Below, piece by piece: positions 50,298 through 63,495 of a DNA stretch of 64,000 bases (position 1 is its first letter; each line of letters starts with the position of its first letter). Made by a program: the position numbers and the translations under genes. A model generated the notes under the pieces. It had not been told where the DNA came from. It saw only the letters and a list, made by a program, of their open reading frames with translations, and made no database searches. The DNA is from Pristiophorus japonicus (taxonomy: Eukaryota). The stretch lies in contig NC_091979.1 in assembly GCF_044704955.1 (NCBI RefSeq), forward strand, positions 48,236,001 through 48,300,000, given 5' to 3'.

Positions 50298-51311
50298 CTT
50301 ATTTGTGCACTGCAGATGTGAACTTGAGTGTTCACTACACCCTAAAGATGGAGCAATAAAATACCATAAAATTCATCATTCTCTTGCTGGACCATGGTGC
50401 AATCTGCTTTGTCACAGACTCAACCCAACCCATTGATCCACCCGAAGATTTAAGATTCTTTATAATTTCTTTTTATCACCCTAAATCAAAACTCTTCCAT
50501 CTATCCACCTTCCATTGATATTAATCCTTCCATCAGTTCCTATCGTTCTCTTCATATTCCCATGGTTGCAGCAGTTTAGCAAACACCAATTTCCACATTT
50601 GGTTAACTTTGGTTGCACTTACAACTTTTCCTACATTACTACAATGACTCTACTTGAAAAGTACTTCATTGGCCGTAAAGCACTTTGGGACATCCGGTGA
50701 CCATGAAAGGCGCTATATAAATGCAAGTCTTTTTTTAATCCTTTGTGCCCTCAACCTTTTTATTAATCAGACATTTATCCAACTCTTTTTAAAATGTATC
50801 CATTGTGCCCTCAAACCTGATACCATTCAGTCATTCATCCAGCTCTGTTATCATTACTTTTCCTAGCTGGAATCTACACCACCACCAAGCATTTACAGAG
50901 CGCCTCAAACACAAGGCATCCAAAGACTTTTCACGAAGAAATAATAAGAGGAACCACTGCCAAAACCAAAGAAACCTTCAAGAAGATAACTGAAGGCGAG
51001 ATCAAAAAGATGGGTTGTGATGAAGCTTTTTTTTAAAAAAGGAGACAGAGAGTTGGAGGCCTTTGGCTATTGACTTCTCTGGCACACCATGTGCTCATTA
51101 CTGGGTAGGGAAAAATCCTTCCACTCTCAAGCTTAAGGTTGGGTAATTTTATGTTTATTCCAGTTCTGAGTTTCAAAGTGGACCAGCACAAGGACTGTTG
51201 GGGAAAGTCAGAGCCAAATACTTGACCTTTTTGCAAACAGCAGCCCGGACCGATCACCAAAAGGTGTCAGTGTGATCTGATGCATTAACCGAGGTTTGCA
51301 CTTTGCGGATG

Positions 51312-51720
51312 ATAATAATAACTTTTATTTATATAGCACCTTTAATGTAGTAAGACATCCAAGGTGCTTCACAACAGTGTTAGAGACAAACAGATAAATT
51401 TGACACCGAGCCACAGAAGAAATTAAGGCTGTTGATCAAAAGCTTGTTTAAAGATGTGGGTTTTAACGAGCGTCTTAAAGGAGGAAAGAGAGGTAGAGTG
51501 GCGGAGAGGTTTAGGGAGGGAGTTCCAGAGCTTGAGGCCCAGGCAGCTGAAGTTACACCGATGATTGAACAGTTATAATGAGGGATGTTCAAGAGACCAG
51601 AATTTGAGGAGCGCAGGCATCTTGTGGGGTTGTCGGGCTGAAAAAGATTACAGAGATAAGGAGGGGCAAGACCATGGAGTGATTTGTAAACAAGGATGAG
51701 AATGTTGAAATCGAGGTTGT
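51312..51720 (-). mobile_element. L2 LINE 3' end
   Basis: ILVYKSLHGLAPPYL..LRSS. Tail GGTGCTATATAAATAAAAG is shared with the Deu-SINE tail. Confidence 0.85.
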
Positions 51721-52099
51721 GCTTTTGCAGCATTTTATGTTTTTAATCCTCTCCCGCCGCCTAAAATCGGTTTGAATTGGCAGTGGGACACAGGTTCAAG
51801 ACCGACAGGTACTGCAGGGATTGAGCCGCCTGCTTTGTGACGCTCCCTCCCCTTGCCGAAACAACCACAGACTCCAACTAGTTTTAAATCGTCACAAATA
51901 TGGCAGGCAGTCTATCTAGCGCTTTGTATGATTTCAAAAGAACACAAGTAGCCAAAAAAACGATATCCTTTGCATATTGTTTGCTTTTGACTGCAAAACA
52001 AAAATAACACGAGACAATATCTTTGTATGCAGGTTAATGCGATCAAGTCTAAAAAATATATATATCTTAAAAATCCAATCACCCTGTAAATACACATTC

Positions 52100-52960
52100 A
52101 GTGCAAGGAATCAATGCGATCCTCACCTTACGCTGCAGATCGGCACTGAACGGTGATTGATCGATTCGTGCACTTAATGCAACGAAGCCCAAACGAACGT
52201 CTCTCCCGCAGAAAATCCCACTTTCCTCCAGACTCTTCAGCGTGTAGAGGAACCCAAACGGGCAATGCGCTTCGCGCGTCCCTTTGCTCCAGTTGCACAG
52301 GAGACAGAAACTCCTCTCGACTCAAAAGACCAAGACTGACAGGTGAGATATCTGCCCAAACCCGTCGGTCGCTGTATTTGCATATTCAAAGATTCGGGTC
52401 CATAAAAAGCCTGTGCGCCAGGCGGTGCTGCCTGTTGCTCGCCACTTCAGCCGTGGTTAGTTTCAGGTCAGTTTCTCGCACGTTATCTTTGTGTTCTCAC
52501 TGATACAGTGCAGTATCGATGGGACCTGGTTGTAAACTTGTTTTTTGTGTGTGTGTGTGTCCTTTTATTTTGATCAACATTTTAAGCCTGCTCCACTCTC
52601 CCAAAAGAAAGCAGAATTGCTATTTCGTAACCGGTCGGGAAAAGTCAACTCTCCTGGATATATAACATTATCAATCTGCGACACATAAAGGCACGACTGT
52701 TCGCGATCAGTTGCTCTATAAATCGACGGAGCTCGGGGAAAGTTGAGCAACCTTACGACGGATTGATTCGGAAATTCGAATCCGCACATTTTACAAACAT
52801 GCAAGTAGTTCATTGTGAATCAAACCCAGGCTCCCCGGGCAGTGGATAGGAAATGATCTATGTGAGGTTTGACTCTGGTTCAGCGCGTTCGCGACTGTAG
52901 ATTTACTGCGGATCATTTAAGCCAACAGATTCATAAAAAACACGCATTGATTTCAAATAG
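52100..52960. promoter_or_regulatory. Non-repetitive CpG-rich promoter/first-exon-like region
   Basis: Visibly high CpG density in unique sequence. Minus-strand donor AAG|GTGAGG at 52126, plus-strand donor CAG|GTGAGA at 52343, octamer at 52376, TATA-like motifs at 52401 and 52716. Confidence 0.45.
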
Positions 52961-53369
52961 AACAGAATGGGAGATCCTGATCCGTGCAGACCATGGCGAG
53001 TGTCACAAGACTGAGCTAAAGCTTCCCCCCCCCCCCCCCCGCAAAAAAGGAGGGAACAACTAATAAAATGGCAGCGTCCAAATCAAATGTCTGGTAAATT
53101 TCAAATAATTGTTAAACTTGGTTGAATAGTGCTCAAGCGAGAGAGCCATCAGACACTGGGTGGTCACATCTCATGGCCATCAGGCCCGCACTGCAGATCT
53201 AAAACATGGACAATCTGTTCCAGTGAGCAGCATCTCTTCACACACACATATCTCTTGGGTGGAGTACAGTGAGACATTTATTTGCACTGTTATCCACCAC
53301 TTTTGACATTAGAGTAGCACAAGGGGCCCTATCCCACAAGGACTGCCATCTCTGGTTGGATGTGGCATA

Positions 53370-54670
53370 CATAGGATTACATGGGATTACCTAGGATCTA
53401 CAGCACAGAAACAGGCCATTCGGCCCAACCAGTCCATGCCGGCACTTATGTTCCACTTGAGCCTCCTCCCGTTTTTCCTCATTTACCCCTGTTAGCATAA
53501 CCCTCTATTTCCTCCTCTTATGCTTATCTAGCCTCCCCTTAAATGCATCTATACTATTTGCTTCAACCACTCCCTGTGGTAGCGAGTTCCACATTCTCAC
53601 CACTCTCTGGATAAAGACGTTTCTTCTGAATTCCCTATTTGATTTCTTGGGTGACTATCTTATATTGATGGCCTCTGGAAACATAGACATAGAAACATAG
53701 AAAATAGGTGCAGGAGTAGGCCATTCGGCCCTTCGAGCCTGCACCACCATCCAATATGATCATGGCTGATCATGCAACTTCAGTACCCCATTCCTGTTTT
53801 CTCTCCATACCCCTTGATCCCTTTAGCTGTAAAGGCCATATCTAACTCCCTCTTGAATATATCTAATGAACTGGCCTCAACAATTTTCTGTGGTAGAGAA
53901 TTCCACAGGTTCACAATTCTCTGAGTGAAGAAGTTTCTCCTCGTCTCGGTCCTAACTATGACCCCTGGTTCTGGACTTCCCCAACATCGGGAACATTCTT
54001 CCTGCATCTAACCTGTCCAATCCTGTCAGAATTTTATATGTTTCTATGAGGTCCCCTCTCGTTCTTTTAAATTCCAATGAATATAAGCCTAGTCGATTTA
54101 GTCTTTCTTCATATGTCAGTCCTGCCATCCCGGGAATCAGTCTGGTGAACCTTTGCTGCACTCCCTCAATAGCAAGAATGTCCTTCCTCAGATTAGGAGA
54201 CCAAAACTGTACACAATATTCAAGGTGTGGCCTCACCAAGGCCCTGTACAACTGCAGTAAGACCTCCCTGCTCCTATACTCAAACCCTCTTGCTATGAAG
54301 GCCAACATGCCATTTACTTTCTTAACTGCCTGCTGTACCTGCATGCCAACTTTCAATGACTGATGTACCATGACACCCACATCTCGTTGCACCTCCCCTT
54401 TTCCTAATCTGTCACCATTCAGATAATATTCTGCTTTCCTGTTTTTGCCACCAACGTGGATAACCTCAAATTTATCTACATTATACTGCATCTGCCATGC
54501 ATTTGCCCACTCACCTAACCTGTTCAAGTCACCCTGCAGCCTCTTAGCATCCTCCTCACAGCTCACACTGCCACCCAGCTTAGTGTCACCTGCAAACTTG
54601 GAGATATTACATTCAATTCCTTCGTCTAAATCATTAATGTATATTGTAAATAGCTGGGGTCCCAGCACTG
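53370..54670 (-). mobile_element. Young CR1 3' part (53680-54670) adjacent to an older CR1 tail (53370-53680)
   Basis: 258-aa RT C-terminal ORF and two 3' tails. Confidence 0.9.
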
Positions 54671-54689
54671 AAGTGGAGCGGAGGGCAAT

Positions 54690-55492
54690 TTCGGCACTTA
54701 ACCTTTTCCAGTTCTGACTAAAGTTCATCGATCTAAAATGCTAATTCTGTTTCTCTGTCCAGAGATGCTGCCTGACATGCTAAGCATTTCAGATTTCCAG
54801 CATCCGCAGTTTTTTGCTTTGTTGCATAGACTAGGTTTGTATTCTCTTGAATATAGAAGATTACGCGTGATAAAATTGAGGCATTTAAGATGATTAAAGG
54901 ATTTGATAGAATGGATAGAGAGAAACTATTTCCTCTGCTGGAGGAGTCCAGAACAAGGGGGCATAACTATAAAATTAGAGCTAGGCTCCTCAGGAAACAC
55001 AAAGGGTAGTGGAAATTTGGAGGCTTGCGATCAATTGAAAATTTCAAAACTGAGATTGACAGATTTTTTGATAAACTAGCGTATTAAGGATTACAGAACC
55101 AAGACAGGTAGGTGGAGTTAAGATACAGATCAGCCATGATCTAATTGCATGGAGGAACATGCTTGAGGGGCCGAATGGCCTATGTTTCGAGGTTGTCATT
55201 TGGACTGGCCACACCAGCTGCAGGACTTCATGTGAACTGGTCAAACTGCAGTCTAGTTAGTCCAGTGGTAATTGCAGAAGTGGTATACTGTATGAAGCCT
55301 GTGCGGCAGGAGGAGTAAGTATGGTAAGGGCACTCCCATAGTGCTGCTAGGGAGGGAATCTGTGGGAGTACCCTTACCATGGACTGCAGTGGTTCAAGAA
55401 GGCAGCTCACCACCACCTTCTCAAGGGCAATTAGGGATGGGCAATAAATGCTGGCCTTGCCAGTGACGCCCATATCCCACGAATGAAAAAAA
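54690..55492. mobile_element. Cluster: Penelope-like end, CR1 3' fragment (+), second-family LINE tail (+)
   Basis: Similarity to other copies in this window. Confidence 0.6.
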
Positions 55493-56889
55493 CAGTTGAT
55501 GCATCTTTCAGACCTTGATGGTTCCTTAATGCGTACCTTTTTCAATTACTCATAAAATATTTGAAGGGAATGGTAGTCTGCTGCACAGCTTGGGAATCAA
55601 TGCTTAGTAGTCTTGTTAAGTCTTGCTAGTCTCGCCCACAGTCGAGCTCCATAAATAAGGACCAATCACTGATGGGATTTACATGTATATTTAACTTTCC
55701 TTTTAAATAATAACTCTTCTTGTATCACGGTGACAGAATAAATTCATAATATTAATTAATATCAATTTTCATTGGCATATTTGTGGCTTATTTAAAAAGT
55801 TGATGATACTGATTTGAGTTTGTAAATTTTTTGATGAATAGTAATGAAATATTTGAGGGCGAATTAAGTCTCCTTAATGCTGCAGTACTTTCACAATCAA
55901 AGTGATACAATACCACATCAAAGAAAAGCAATTATTGAAAGCCGCACCTTTACTGTATTTAATGTTTTTGATTGTTATTGTGGAATGCGCAAAATATTTT
56001 CAAATTACACCAACACTTATCTCGTGTCTAATTCTAGGAAAGCATCATGTGGAACAGCTTTCATTTAATCACTTCTACAAACGATTGTAATTGTCTCCTA
56101 CATTACAACAGTGACTACATATTAAAAGTACTGCACCGAGTGTAAAAACGCTTTGGGGAGATTTGATATCGTGAGAGGGACTATCTCAATGCAAGTTCTT
56201 TCTTTCTAGAAAGCATTTTTAAAATATCTTAGTTCGACTAAAGTTAAAGTTATAATTAAGGAATAGTTGTCATATTTATTGCAGAGAGTGGACTGAAAAT
56301 TATGATGATGTTTGAACAGACATTTTTTTAAAGGGGTTATCTGAAGCTAGAAATATGTTAATTAGCATTCTTTTCATTTCTGAGCAATTTCAACTTTGAT
56401 GAGGCTGAATGAAACTTGCATTTGTGGTGTGATTAATCAGCTAGTACATTTCAGCTGGTAAATTTCCTCCATTACAACAGTGACTACATTCCAAAAGTAC
56501 TTAATTGGCTGTAAAATGCTTTGAGACGTCGGGTGGTTGTGAAAGGCGCAATATAAATCCACATCTTTCTTTCTTTCTAGTAACTGTCCTGGTTAAGTAA
56601 ATCTGAAAGCTAGCCTTCGAAATAATCATACAAAAATGATATACTGTTTCACATTTCAACTGTTAGTTCCAAGATCCAAACAAACATCTTCTCAGATATG
56701 CTTCATCTGCTCCAACACAATGAAAGGAGTAGCTTCAAGCAGATGTTGGAAATCTGAAATATAAACAGAAGATGCAGGTGAGGCAGCATCTGTGGAGAGA
56801 GGAAGGTAGGGTTAACATTTCAGCTTTGTGAACTCATCCCTTTTTGGTGCGGAAGGAAGTAATCCTCGATACGAGGAACCACCTAAGAA

Positions 56890-57300
56890 GATTAAGAATT
56901 AGGAGCAGGAGTAGGCCATTCGGCCACATGAGCCTGCCTCGCCATTCAATAAGATCATGGCTGATCTACCTCAACTCCACTTTCCTGCACCGTCCCTGTA
57001 TCCCTTGATTCTCTTAATATTCAAAAAACTATCGATCTCTGTCTTGAATATACTCAAAGACTGAGTGTCCACAGCCCTCTGGGGTAGAGAATTCCAAAGA
57101 TTCACCACCCTCTGAGTGAAGAAGTTTCTCCTCATCTCAGTCCTAAATGGCCAACCCCTTATTCTGAGACTGCGACCCCTGGTTCTCGACTCCCCAGCCA
57201 GGGGAAACATCCTCCCTGTATCTACCCTGTCAAGCCCTGTAAGAATTTTGTACTTTTCAATGAGATCACCTCTCATTCTTCTTAACTCTAGAGAATAGCT
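56890..57300 (-). mobile_element. CR1 3' fragment
   Basis: MRGDLIEKYK...RRNFFTQRVVNLWN and tail. Confidence 0.9.
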
Positions 57301-57554
57301 TGATCTGTGGTTAAAAAAAAAATTCCGTGTAAAGATGTTATTACAGGTTTACTTTAAAATCACTTTACCATGGAAATCAGAATAGATTCAGGTAAGTGGG
57401 TGCCATCAAATTCAGATCAAAGGCTTCACTTACATTTTACATGAGGCCAAAATTATATATCCTCATATTTGTGGGTGGAGTACATAGCAGTGAGGCAGAA
57501 CACCGATGATTCATTTCCACAGAATGGAACAGGTGGAGCTTCACTCGGGTCTCG

Positions 57555-58100
57555 CACAGTTTGGGTCTCCTTATTTAAGGAGGGATATACTTGCATTGGA
57601 GGCAGTTTAGAGAAGGTTCACTAGATTGATTCCTGAGCTAAAGGGGTTGACTTATGAAGAAAGGTTGAACAGGTTGGGCCTTTACTCATTGGAGTATAGA
57701 AGAATGAGAGGTGATCTTATTGAAACATATAAGATACCGAGGGGGCTCGACAAGGTAGATGCAGACAGGATGTTTCCCCTCGTGGGGGAATCTAGAACTA
57801 GGGGGGCATAGTGTAAGAATAAGGGATCGCCCATTTAGAACTGAGAAGAGGAGGAATTTCTTCTCTCAGAGCGTTGTAAATCTGTGGAATTCTCTGCCCC
57901 AGAGAGCTGTGGAGGCTGGGCTATTGAATATATTTAAGATGGAGATAGACAGATTTTTGAATGATAAGGGAGTGAAGGGTTATGGGGAGCAGGCAGGGAA
58001 GTGGAGCTGAGTCCATGATCAGATCAGTCATGATCTTATTGAATGGTGGAGCAGGCTCAAGGGGCCAAATGGTCTATTCCTGCTCCTATTTCTTATGTTA
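57555..58100 (+). mobile_element. CR1 3' fragment
   Basis: LTYEERLNRLGLYSLE... and tail. Confidence 0.9.
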
Positions 58101-58549
58101 TGTCTCAATCTGAATCGTCGGAGGGTGCAATGTCTCTTTGCAGAGTAAAATCGGGGAGAATCCAAACTGCGGAGGGTGGGGTTTGCAAAGTCATGCCAGA
58201 TGGTACTCGGCACCTCTGGCTGGTGGCTACAGGGGCTCAAAGAGAAGCCTGCGTGCACCAAACTTTGCTTGCCATCATCCAAATGTTGGTAAAAAAATGT
58301 TACTGAGAAAGTGAGTGTCGTGCCAGCTGTTCACTAATATTCTAATATCCGAAACCTCGAAGATAATCCAGTGGGTCACCCGAGCAATGCTTAAATTTTA
58401 AAATTAAGGTTGGTTTTTGCACCAGTTGCAATTATGCTGCAGCCTGCCTGAAGCTGGAGCAGTGTGAGACTACCTCCTGTAGGCAGTCTCACACCCAAGG
58501 CCACATCCAGAACTAATGCTGATTTAGTTGTGGTCGCACTGTACATATT

Positions 58550-59090
58550 GGGCCTGAATTTGCCTCTGAACGACAATAAAATGACAAACCTACCTGATGG
58601 ACCTAAATCCATGTAGACCTGTGCTCCTGGGCCTCTACGCGTAGACCTGTGTAGAGCTCCATGTATCCCAGGGACGCATGCAGTTTGCAAGTATCCCTGG
58701 GATGACGTGGGCCAGCCCAACCAATCAGAAAGGGGATACAATTACGGTTATGGGGATTCCATTTATGTACGGAACCCCCGTAAGCTTAATACGAATCACC
58801 CAAAAAATACATTTTCACAACACTGAAATTTAAAAAAAAAATCATTACATGTTTGAAATTAATTAAAATACAATTTAAAACAAATTTAATTTTTTGAAAA
58901 ATAAATGTAAACATTTTTCAAAGGGGCCACAAATAACACAAACTTATTTAGCAGGTTTTCGAATGCTAAAATTATTTTTTAAATTTTATTTTAATATGTA
59001 TTTAGACACGCTGGTAAAAGAAGGCCCTAATCCTGCTTTTATCAGGTGTAAGAGTTTCACGGGCATTCACTGAGCATTGGTTGGACAAAT
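58550..59090. mobile_element. Harbinger-type MITE, left part, interrupted by CR1
   Basis: Starts GGGCCTGAATTTG. Internal hairpins at ~58750-58780 and ~59005-59049. Other TIR not in the window. Confidence 0.5.
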
Positions 59091-59513
59091 TGTAGTGAGT
59101 CATCTGACCTAGATACAGTTTAAAAAGAGGCAGCTCGTACAGAGCACGGAGTGCAGCAGCATAGAGTGACATTCGTGAGTTTGGTAAGTGGGTGAGTTTG
59201 GGCAAGTGGGGGTGACTGGTGTGGTTTTGTCTTGTTTTTCCTATCAGTTCTGACACTAGAGCAGCTGATAAGGAGTGCAAGAGTAGGAGACAGAAGCCCA
59301 GAAACCAGCCCAAGCAGCTGCAGACAAAGATAGAGGGGTGCGAAATCGAGAGGTGACGTCACAGCCAATCTGGTAAGTGGTTGGCTGTTCAACTGATAAG
59401 TATAACTCTCTTTTAGACTGACTTTTAGATTGGTTTAATTGGCAACGAACTACTAAATAGCTGTTTGGTGTTTAAGTCAATTTTACTAAGTAAATTAATT
59501 TAAGAGTTAAGTC

Positions 59514-60446
59514 ATGGCAGGAGAGCTCAGACTCATGTCATGCTCCTCCTGTGCTATGTGGAAAATCAAGTGTCCCTGACTACTATGTGTGCGGGAAGTG
59601 TGTCCAGCTGCAGCTCCTGACAGACCGCATGACGGCACTGGAGCTGCGCATGGACTCACTCTGGAGCATGTGCGATGCTGAGAATGTTGTGGATAGCACA
59701 TTTAGTGAGTTGGTCACACCACAGGTAAGGGTTAGGACAGATAGTGAATGGGTGACCAAGAGACAAGGCAAGAGCAGGAAGGTAGTGCAGGAATCCCCTG
59801 TGATCATCTCCCTCCAAAATAGATATACCGTTTTGGATATTGTTGGGGGAGATGACTTACCAGGGGAAGGCACCAGCAGCCAGGTTCATGGCACCATGGG
59901 TGGCTCTGCTGCACAGAAAGGCAGGAAAAAGAGTGGGAGAGCTATAGTGATAGGGGACTCTATTGTAAGGGGAATAGATAGGAGTTTCTGCGGCTGCAAC
60001 CGAGACTCCAGGATGGTATGTTGCCTCCCTGATGCAAGGATCAAGGATGTCTCGGAGCGGCTGCAGAGCATTCTGGAGAAGGAGGGTGAACAGCCAGTTG
60101 TCGTGGTACATGTAGGTACCAACGATATAGGTAAGAAGTGGGAAGAGGTCCTACAAGCTGAATTTAGGGAGCTAGGAGTTAAATTGAAAAGTAGGACCTC
60201 AAAGGTAGTAATCTCTGTATTGCTACCAGTGCCACATGCTAACCAGAGTAGAGGGAGCAGGATAGTTAGAATAAATACATGGCTTGAGCAGTGGTGCAAG
60301 AGGGAGGAATTCAAACTCCTGGGATATTGGAACTAGTTCTGGGGGAAGTGGGACCTACACAAAAGGGACGGTTTGCACTTGGGCAGGACTGGAACTGATG
60401 TCCTGGGGGTAACATTTGCTAATGCAGTTCAGGAGTGTTTAAACGA
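59514..60446 (+). pseudogene. CR1 ORF1: zinc finger/leucine zipper plus SGNH/GDSL esterase, disrupted
   Basis: CSSC...CGKC, IGDSIVR, VHVGTND, DGLHL. Frameshift near 59565 and TAG at 60334. Confidence 0.88.
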
Positions 60447-62091
60447 ATATGGCAGGGGGATGGGAACCTATGCAGCGAGACAGGGCGAAGTAATATGGAG
60501 TCAGAAACAGATGGTAGAAAGGTAAAAAGCAATAGTGGAAGGCCGAGTAAACAAAGGCAAGAAACAAAAAGGGCCACACTACATCATAATTCTAAAAGGA
60601 CAAAGGGTGTTAAAAAAACAAGCCTGAAGGCTTTGTGTCTTAATGCAAGGAGTATCGGTAATAAGGTGGATGAATTAACTGTGCAAATAGATGTTAACAG
60701 ATATGATGTAATTGGGATTACAGAGACGTGGCTCCAGGTTGATCAGGGCTGGGAACTCAACATCCAAGGGTATTCAACATTCAAGAAGGATAGAATAAAA
60801 GGAAAAGGATGTGGGGTAGCATTGCTGGTTAACGAGGAGATTAATGCAATAGTTAGGAAGGACATTAGCTTGGATGATGTGGAATCTATATGGGTAGAGC
60901 TGCAGAACACCAAAGGGCAAAAAAACGTTAGTGGGAGTTGTGTACAGACCTCCAAACAGTAGTAGTGATGTTGGGGAGGGCATCAAACAGGAAATTAGGG
61001 GTGCATGCAATAAAGGTGCAGCAGTTATCATGGGTGACTTTAATATGCATATAGATTGGGCTAACCAAACTGGAAGCAATACGGTGGAGGAGGATTTCCT
61101 AGAGTGCATAAGGGATGGTTTTCTAGACCAATATGTCGAGGAACCAACTAGGGGGAAGGCCATCTTAGACTGGGTGTTGTGTAATAAGAGAGAATTAATT
61201 AGCAATCTCGTTGTGCGAGGCCCCTTGGGAAAGAGTGACCATAATATGGTGGAATTCTACATTAGGATGGAGAATTAAACAGTTAATTCAGAGACCATGG
61301 TCCAGAACTTAAAGAAGGGCAACTTTGAAGGTATGAGGCGTGAATTGGCTAGGATAGATTGGCGAATGATACTTTAGGGGTTGACAGTGGATGGGCAATA
61401 GCAGACATTTAGAGACCGCATGGATGAATTACAACAATTCTACATCCCTGTCTGGTGTAAAAATAAAAAAGGGAAGTTGGCTCAACCGTGGCTATCAAGA
61501 GAAATCAGGGATAGTATTAAAGCCAAGGAAGTGGCATACAAATTGGCCAGAAATAGCAGCGAACCCAGGGACTGGGAGAAATTTAGAACTCAGCAGAGAA
61601 GGACAAAGGGGTTGATTAGGGCAGGGAAAATAGAGTACGAGAGGAAGCCTGCAGCGAACATTAAGACAGACTGCAAAAGCTTCTATAGATATGTAAAGAG
61701 AAAAAGGTTAGTAAAGACAAACGTAGGTCCCCTGCAGTCAGAATCAGGGGAAATCATAACGGGTAACAAAGAAATGGCGGACCAATTGAACAAGTACTTT
61801 GGTTCGGTATTCACTGAGGAGGACACAAACAACCTTCCGGATATAAAAGGGGTCAGAGGGTCTCGTAAGAAGGAGGAACTGAGGGAAATCCTTATTAGTC
61901 GGGAAATTGTGTTGGGGAAATTGATGGGATTGAAGGCCGATAAATCCTCAGGGCCTGATGGACTGCATCCCAGAGTATTAAAGGAGGTGACTTTGGAAAT
62001 AGCGGATGCATTGACAGTCATTTTCCAACATTCCATGGACTCTGGATCAGTTCCTATGGAGTGGAGGGTAGCCAATGTAACTCCACTTATA

Positions 62092-63495
62092 GGGCCCAAG
62101 TTTCCACAAGAAAAAAACGGGCGCCCCTCCGAGCTGGGCGCCCGTTTTTCGCGCCTAAAACGGCGCCTAAAAAAATCCTCGGTATTCTCCACCTACTTAC
62201 AGGTCTTCTGGCAGTCGGCGCAGCCAGCACGAGCTGTGTGGGGGGCGGAGCCAGGTCCCGGCGCTGAAAACAGTGCCGGGACCTCTGCACATGCGCGCTA
62301 CAGTCGGCACGCAAGTGCAGTAGCTCCAGGCGCCGAACTGTGTGGGAGGGGCCCGAAGCACGCAGCCCCTAACCCTGGCTGAATGGCCTCACTGGGGCTG
62401 CGTCAATGAGGCTCCTCCCACAGCCAGCTCCTGCTCCCCGCCCGACCAGACCCGACACTCGCTCCCCCCCCCCCACCCCCGCCGACCAGACCCGACACCC
62501 GCTCCCCCCCCGCCGACCCGACCCGAGACCCGCTCCCCCCCCGACCCGACCCGAGACCCGCTCCCCCCCCCCCACCGACTGACCCGACACTCGCTCCCCC
62601 CCCCCCCCCGCCGACCAGACCCGACACTCGCTCCCCCCCCCCCACCCCCGCCGACCAGACCCGACACCCGCTCCCCCCCCGCCGACCCGACCCGAGACCC
62701 GCTCCCCCCCCGCCGACCCGACCCGAGACCCGCTCCCCCCCCGCCGACCCAACCCGAGACCCGCTCCCCCCCCCCACCGACTGACCCGACCCGCGCTCCT
62801 GTGACCCGACACCCCCCCCTCTCTCCTCACCCCCCCTCCGCTCTCTCCTCACCCCCCTCCGCTCTCTCCTCACCCCCACCCCCGCTCTCTCCTCACCCAC
62901 CCCCTCTCTCTCCCTCCCCCCCCTCCGCTCTCTCTCCCTCCCCCCCTCCGCTCTCTCTCCCTCCCTCTCTCTCTCTCTCTCTCCCCCTCCCGCTCAGCGG
63001 CACGAACGGCTGCAGAATTCTCCCTGGCTGAAGCACTTTCACACAGGTAGGAAGATGGTTTATTTAATCTTTTCTTGGCTTATAAATGTTTATTTAGTTG
63101 GATTTATTTGCATAATATTTGTATAAGTATAAATAAGGATTTATTGTAGAATTTAATGAGTTCCCTCCCCCCCCCCACCTCGTTCTGGACGCCTAATTTG
63201 TAACCTGCGCCTGATTTTTTAATGTGTAGAACAGGTTTTTTCAGTTCTACAAAAATCTTCACTGGCTCCGTTCTACTTTAGTTTGGAGTACATTTTCACT
63301 GTGGAAACTTTCAAATCAGGCGTCAGTGGCCGGACACGCCCCCTTTTGAAGAAAAAATTCTGTTCTAAACTAGAACTGTTCTACCTGACTAGAACTGCAG
63401 AAAAAAAAATGTGGAGAATTGCGATTTCTAAAATAGTCCGTTCTCCACCAGTTGCTCCTAAAAATCAGGCGCGAATCATGTAGAAACTTGGGCCC
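62092..63495 (+). mobile_element. Harbinger MITE inserted in CR1 ORF2
   Basis: TIR GGGCCCAAGTTTC / GAAACTTGGGCCC. 3-bp flanks ATA/ATT; removing the element and one copy restores CR1 spacing. Right arm highly similar to 27247-27718. Confidence 0.93.
62435..63000. repeat. C-rich minisatellite (CCGACCCGACCCGAGACCCGCTCCCCCCC variants) followed by CT-rich repeats
   Basis: Direct inspection. Confidence 0.95.

Noticed and set aside
62342-63031. Pro-rich and Gly-rich ORFs
   Set aside because: Translations of the C-rich tandem repeat.
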